Shown: positions 7,790 through 13,127 of the stretch, one piece after another | Position numbering within the stretch: the stretch's first letter is position 1 | Layout: each line of letters starts with the position of its first letter | Source: Octopus sinensis | Lineage: Eukaryota | Reading direction: 5' to 3' | DNA length: 13,127 bases | Assembly: GCF_006345805.1 (NCBI RefSeq) | Contig: NW_021826304.1 | Span: 1 to 13,127, forward strand | Notes under the pieces: model-generated | What the model was told of the DNA's origin: nothing | Database searches by the model: none | Seen by the model: the letters and a program-made list of their open reading frames with translations, nothing else | Made by a program: the position numbers and the translations under genes

Positions 7790-8386
7790 CTCACATGAAA
7801 TATACGGCATTTAATCAAATTTTTGATGCCGAGTACAAGTGTCAGGAACTGTCTTCTCAAGGCCTATGAAACAACTCCGGTTATAATGACAATCCCCCGT
7901 GACATTTACGACTGGAAGAATGCATCGAATTCTTCGATTGGTGCCATATACGCCTATAATTACCCAATTGAAAATTCATGGTCAATTTTAAAGACAGGAG
8001 TGATAAAGATTTATCAAATCATCTTCCATCCATCTTAAAAATAGTCAAACGGACTTGACACAAAAAGAATATCGCTTACGGTGTCTTGAGAGAATTATTG
8101 AAGAAAATACTGCTCAAAAATATGTTGACTTTATAGCAAAAATTCAGGGCAAACTTCCATGTGCAATTGACATAGAAAACGTCTAATTTTGGAAATAACG
8201 CCCATTTTTCCTTTTTTTCTTTAATTTATACGTTGTCGATTTGTTCAAGTGTAAATTATAAAGTTAAACTTACGAATTTCAAAATTAAAGTTGCCAATTA
8301 TAAAATTGAGGTTGTCAACTATAAAATCGATCTTGTTGATTATAAAATTGAAGTTGCCAATTATAATTTAAAGTTTTTTTGGTATA
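7790..8386 (+). mobile_element. Tc1/IS630-like DDE transposon remnant (3' part of transposase and right end)
   Basis: Pieced translation PVIM-DN.P...HRILRLVPYTP..PIENSWSILK...KEYRLRCLERIIEEN...FIAKIQGKLP includes the (LxPYSP.xNPIE..W..LK) DDE_3 motif. Followed by 21-bp subterminal repeats and an end near GGTATA. Left boundary not found. Confidence 0.75.
8254..8366 (+). repeat. 21-bp tandem repeat, ~5.3 copies (consensus AATTATAAAATTGAAGTTGCC)
   Basis: Directly visible. It produces the NYKIEVA-like heptad in the spurious ORF 8233-8490. Confidence 0.9.
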
Positions 8387-8407
8387 GAATAAAGAAGAAA
8401 ATCGTAC

Positions 8408-8896
8408 TTTTGAAAGAAAGGCAGTACTTGCACATGCCACATCACTCACAGATCTCAACACAACAACTCTTCCCTACAATACTAACCTAATAATCACATC
8501 AAAGTGACTTGTCCGCAGTTGCAGAATATGCTTATACTCAACGTTGACCACGTCCTTCATAACAAACCAGATCTTTCATAACACTGGACCAAATACAGCG
8601 AGTGAATCAACAAAATCATCAAATTGTTGTACTTCCCATCCAGAAATCTTCTCCACTGCTAAAAGCCTACCAGCTGTAAAATCCGCTTAAACATTATTTT
8701 GAATTGAAAGCTGAAATTGCATTTTGCTGAAAATATGATCAAATGATACAAAAATCAGTATGAAATATTAAAATAGAATGTAAACTTGCATAATAAAGTT
8801 ATTTTAATGTGGCCTTGCAACGGGGCTGTGAGTATACTGACAGCACAGATCAAGGCAAGAGTGAATAACACAGCACAAAACAAGAAAAACGTGCTA
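8408..8896 (-). CDS. Partial intron-containing host gene, unknown product with an N-terminal hydrophobic anchor or signal; contains an in-frame TGA
   Basis: GC-richer exons: STFFLFCAVLFTLALICAVSILTAPLQGHIKITLLC; DFTAGRLLAVEKISGWEVQQFDDFVDSLAVFGPVL*KIWFVMKDVVNVEYKHILQLRTSHFD; a 24-nt GT..AG intron (8497-8474); GRVVVLRSVSDVACASTAFLSK followed by donor GTACG. Confidence 0.55.
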
Positions 8897-9100
8897 CTTT
8901 TAAATGTTATTAAAAATACAAATAATTATATATAATAAAGTAATATCAAATTAGTCAAAATCGTGATATGTCCTAACTTTGTGAGTTGATAAAAATTAGC
9001 GTTAAAAGTTGTAGTTTGGAAAAAATTTAATGTTTATCTAATTTATCAATCATTTAAATCGTTTATTGAAAATAAAAGATTATTAAAATTATCGTGAAAA

Positions 9101-9294
9101 ATGGATTTTTTGAGATCAAATTTGAGGAAATGTTGTCGAAAGGTGGGAATGTTTTGTGACTGTTTAGATTTTTGGTGATTCTGAGAGACCGGCCAATTCA
9201 TCTCGAGATTAGATTGGTGATTAATGCCAAGTTGCTGGTCAGGGGACTGAACCGTGCAAGACAGACTGTGATGGAAAGACTAAAAAATAATTAA
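9101..9294 (+). CDS. Possible small two-exon gene (~55 aa), unknown product
   Basis: GC-richer island with ATG at 9101, a 25-nt GT..TTTAG intron (9143-9167) and a stop-free second exon FLVILRDRPIHLEIRLVINAKLLVRGLNRARQTVMERLKNN*. One indel is needed to join the frames. Confidence 0.4.
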
Positions 9295-9949
9295 TTTTAA
9301 AATCTTTTTTGTTAAAATACATTAATCTTTAATGATTAAAATAAGATGATTTGTTCAAGGGTAAATTAAAATTTTTCAAAGTAAAATGTAACCGGTTGCC
9401 CATACGTATCGAGCTGCCTATGTCACATATTAATTTTATTGAAAAATTTGCTGACAATACTCTTTTTATAATACTTGTTTATTATGGAGTTAGTTTGGAT
9501 CAAAAGACGCGTTTTCTTTTTTTGAAATTAATTATTCGATATTTACAATTTATATTGACGAAAAAAAGCAAAATATTTTTCTCAAATTTTTGTTAGTTTA
9601 TAAATTTGTTGACAATGAAAATCAAAAAATATAAACATCAAACTGTTTTATGGAATTAAAAATGAGTTTTTTGTGTTTAATTGTCAAAGTCAATGTTTTT
9701 AGATTTTCGTGATTTTTATCTGAATTATTCGGAATAAATATTCTTTGATAAAATTGTGTTCTTAAAATAAATTTTTGTGTTTACTTGTTCTAATTTAACT
9801 AAAAATAGTTTATTTCATATTTATAGTTAGCTTTATGCAATAATTAGTCAACACATTACATAACCACTTTAAATTCTGAATTTCTAGATGTATAAAACTA
9901 CGAATAAAAATATGAATTGAAAATAAAACTTTATTTCCATAAAAAAATT

Positions 9950-10077
9950 AATTTGTTTTTAATTTCTCTAAAAAACGACTTTTCTTGTTTCAATTTTATT
10001 AACTTTCATTGAATATAATCAAAATCAGTAAATTTAGAGATCCAAAAATATTTTTCAGAATTAATTAGAGAAAAATA
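9950..10077 (+). repeat. ~128-bp dispersed direct repeat, copy 1
   Basis: AATTTGTTTTTAATTTCTCTAAAAAACGACTTTTCTTG...GAGATCCAAAAATATTTTTCAGAAT...GAAAAATA is near-identical to 11493-11620. Confidence 0.92.
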
Positions 10078-10454
10078 TTGTTTTCAATTTTAGTATTGTT
10101 TTCAATTAAATTTAAATTCAAATTATTTGACAATATATTACTCTATTTGTACTTAGAACAGATAAGCCAAAAAATAAATACTGGGAAATCAAACAATACA
10201 ACTGTTTTATTTTATGAAATAAAAATTCGGCATAGAATAATAGTATAACAAACATTAATAATCATTAAGTAATGTTGATTCAAAAAAATAGAAAAATAAA
10301 TTAAAAAATGTCTGAAAAATAAAATTATATAAAATTATACATACATACGTACATAAATAAAATTACAATAAAATCGCATAAATAAATTAATTAGAATAAA
10401 CAATGAAGCGTAAGATTAATTTTTTATTAATTTGTCAATAAAAGCATGAAAAAA

Positions 10455-10485
10455 TGGCTGAGCAATTTTTTTGACGAGCACTGTA
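10455..10485. mobile_element. Solo Tc1/mariner-type terminal inverted repeat end
   Basis: CAATTTTTTTGACGAGCACTG+TA; the reverse complement TA|CAGTGCTCGTCAAAA... resembles Tc1-type CAGTG ends. No partner TIR seen in the window. Confidence 0.45.
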
Positions 10486-10916
10486 ACATCTAGAATCGAT
10501 TTGACGATTGGAGTTTAAAAAATTAGTTTATCAAAAAAAGTCATCAAAGTGAATAAAATAATATATTATTAAATCATAAACTAAGGAATAATACATATCA
10601 CAATATTGTAAAAACAAACTCATAACCAACAATTTTTTTTAATTCATGTAAGGTTCTGAGCAAATATCAATATGCATAAAGTCCTTGAATAGAAATAATA
10701 ATAATTATGAATAAAAAATTAACATTTGCAGCAAAATAAGAACAACAAAAGAACGTGCGACTCGTCATAATTAATTAAAAGTGTGAATTTATAAATTTTT
10801 AGGTTTACCATTTAATAAATTAAACGATAATAATATAATTTAATATATAATTTAAATTTCTTAAATCCATGTATAAGAATCATGATAGTTTGAAAAAATT
10901 TTAATATTATTTCTAG

Positions 10917-11463
10917 GCACATGACTGTGAAAAGTCGCATTAAGTTGGGAAATAGTGATTGTTGCCAAAGCCAAATTCGGGAGGAGGCCCGTGGCAGATG
11001 ATTTCTGATTGGTGAGAATTAAAATCAGAAGTTTTCTACAGAAAAATCTATGGCCAATATTAAGAGCTTAGTGGGGTCAAGTGTTGAGGTTTATAAATGA
11101 ACTTTCATTTAGTTGTGTGCTTAGATTAAAAATATCCAATTGATTCTAAGCAATCCAAAGAAATCTACGAGGAAAGTAGCAGGAAAAAGTCAACAAGGAC
11201 CTTTGCGGGCTTATCAGGAGACTGCTCAAAGAAGAGAGATGAAAGATTGGCAAGTAATAGTCTGTACTCTTCTTCAAGAAAAGAAAGTACCCAGACAAAT
11301 GGTCTTACATAAGGATCACGTTCAGAGGAGGAAAAAGTGTTTTTAAACCTTCAAATACACACTTGCAAATTTAATCGTGAAATTTTGACAGGAAGGTTTT
11401 ATGTCGAAGAAGAGAGAAAACCACATGGCTAAAGATTATGTTGTTTGGAAATATAATATCTAA
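10917..11463 (+). CDS. Intron-containing host gene, unknown product (may start near 10700); frames disrupted by indels
   Basis: GC-richer exons separated by mini-introns at 11012-11041 (30 nt), 11089-11112 (24 nt) and 11254-11278 (25 nt). The last exon reads EGFMSKKRENHMAKDYVVWKYNI*. Confidence 0.55.
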
Positions 11464-11492
11464 CCGCTTAGACATAAAACTAACGAAAAATA

Positions 11493-11620
11493 AATTTGTT
11501 TTTAATTTCTCTAAAAAACGACTTTTCTTGTTTTAATTTTATTAACTTTCATTGATTATAATCAAAATCAGTAACTTTAGAGATCCAAAAATATTTTTCA
11601 GAATAAATTAGTGAAAAATA
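11493..11620 (+). repeat. ~128-bp dispersed direct repeat, copy 2 (between two convergent stop codons)
   Basis: Near-identical to 9950-10077. Confidence 0.92.
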
Positions 11621-11633
11621 AAGTCAAATTAAA

Positions 11634-12763
11634 TTAAAAATCGAAATAGGCAGAAGCATAGCTAACAGATGACTCACCTTTCTTCACAACTCGACTAGAC
11701 TGTCGTAACGACAAATCTAAGCGTTCCACCACAACCGCTCTCCTAATAGTCTTATCATACACAATCCGACTACAAACGTGCAATAAACAAGAATAGGATT
11801 CCTTCCACATATCGTATTCCCCGTAGTCTCCAAATAGTCCTCAAATCCTTCAGGATTTAGACTTTCAATCTCATTCATGCCCTATTTTTTGATTATTAAA
11901 AAAAAAAGCTCGATCCATGGCTTCGATTGATTCCCAAATCTCTCCCTTAGAGGGGTCGTAGGGATGAAATATAAATCGCCTTCCTTTGAGGATTTACTCA
12001 TTTTAGTACCCCAGTGACAAAAATCGGTGGAAATGACAAAAAAATTGGTTTTGTCCATCAAATATTTTGAAGGATTTTTGCAGTTCTTCTCGACATTTCA
12101 GAATCACAGGACCCCACCATGATTGGGACAATTTTAATTGATCTTTAAATTATTTATTTAAATAATTATATATAATTAAATATAATTAATTTACCTCCGA
12201 ATATTTTGTAAATAAATGGATACTGCATTTCGAGAGAATGTTCGTCCATATCCTGTTGTATATTATTTCTTTAAATATTTTAGTATTTCTCATTCTTGTA
12301 TTACTAAAATCTATATAATATAAATAAATTATATTATTGAAATTAATTAAATACATTTTAAATCAACTTGAAGATTTCCTAGTGGTGTCTCCACTATTTC
12401 AGCAGGAGACAGAGCACAGCCTCTAAAGCCAACATGATGAACTTGGTCCTAACACAAAACACGTGATCTGGGTAGATTAGGTCACTTTTAAAGAACTGTT
12501 GTCTGTATTTATCTGTTTGTAAGCATAAGCTGCAGTTGGTCCACTGTATGTGTAGCCGGCATGTCTGTATGTGATGATTTATATATTATATTAGGGGAAA
12601 TTATAGCACGAGAAGATTCTGTGAATGACTCTGCTTTGTTGAGGTATTCTTCGAGTTCATTTGACAATGAATCAGCTTTTTTGATGTTATTTTGAATATA
12701 TACCTCTATTTCATACCACGAACCAGACATGAGAGGCTTCCGTACAAGTGAGTGGGTTTGCAT
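11634..12763 (-). CDS. MEMO1: Protein MEMO1 (mediator of ErbB2-driven cell motility 1 / AmmeMemoRadiSam protein B family), 9 exons; apparent frameshifts
   Basis: Motifs SGSWY, RAIISP-HAGYTYSGPTAAYAYKQI, VLGPS-HH, ETPLGNLQVD, DEHSLEMQYP, IVPIMVG, FVISTDFCHWG-RRF, NTICGRNPI and SSVSYASAYFDF* are collinear with MEMO1. Introns at approximately 12676-12703, 12565-12593, 12468-12496, 12304-12354, 12143-12194, 11984-12009, 11882-11909 and 11751-11777. Confidence 0.93.
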
Positions 12764-13127
12764 CACAACAAATAAATTAATTTAAATATTATTTAAATAA
12801 TAAATTTACGGTGTTTTATAATTAAATAATTTTTCATTTTATAAATATACTAAGAATATCACAAATATGGCCTAATTTAAGTCGATAAGCCAACGACTGA
12901 GTTATGCCCTCAATTAGTCTATGAATAGTCCTTTTGGTAGAAATTTTATTATCATAATAATTTCTTGTTCATCTAATACGAATATGTTTATATATCATTA
13001 ATGACTGTCCATTACATTATTTAATAAATCAGTAAATTGGGTTAATTATTGTTACAGTAAATAGAGATCCAGGAAATGCAGATCCGACAAAGTAAAATAT
13101 TATAAATTTTATATATTGTCCAAATAG

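Noticed and set aside
8233-8490. 85-aa ORF with NYKIEVA heptad repeats
   Set aside because: Translation of a 21-bp subterminal repeat running into the antisense of another gene. Non-ATG start.
9351-9596. 81-aa ORF
   Set aside because: TTG start and F/I/K/L-biased composition from AT-rich DNA, with no motifs.
11279-11463. Faint resemblance of the C-terminal exons to the TFIIA large-subunit C-terminus
   Set aside because: The diagnostic residues (CQYDK, KWK, terminal AEW) are absent, so no gene name is supportable.

Overview
Very AT-rich eukaryotic (probably metazoan) DNA with two distinct parts. Bases ~1-8400 are a pile of decayed mobile elements: the 3' end of a Buster/Charlie-type hAT, a complete-ended non-autonomous Helitron (339-2296) carrying tandem arrays and a PIF1 helicase remnant, two related LINE reverse-transcriptase remnants, a CRE-clade RT fragment, a TIR/TSD-bounded CGGBP-like hAT (5449-6743), a dispersed 18S rRNA fragment and a Tc1/IS630-like transposase remnant. 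Bases ~8400-12800 hold compact host genes split by tiny 24-30 nt spliceosomal introns, including a recognisable MEMO1 (minus strand, 11634-12763). The mini-introns and the divergent 18S fragment suggest a dicyemid-like genome (inference). Single-base indels are pervasive, even in MEMO1, so low consensus accuracy is likely. The most unusual items are (i) a 337-bp insert with a perfect 13-bp target-site duplication inside a LINE RT, carrying an intact, intronless ORF of unrecognised origin, and (ii) a cryptic host gene that becomes one reading frame only after the hAT element and a 29-nt intron are removed. I see no firm evidence for a new multi-gene system.
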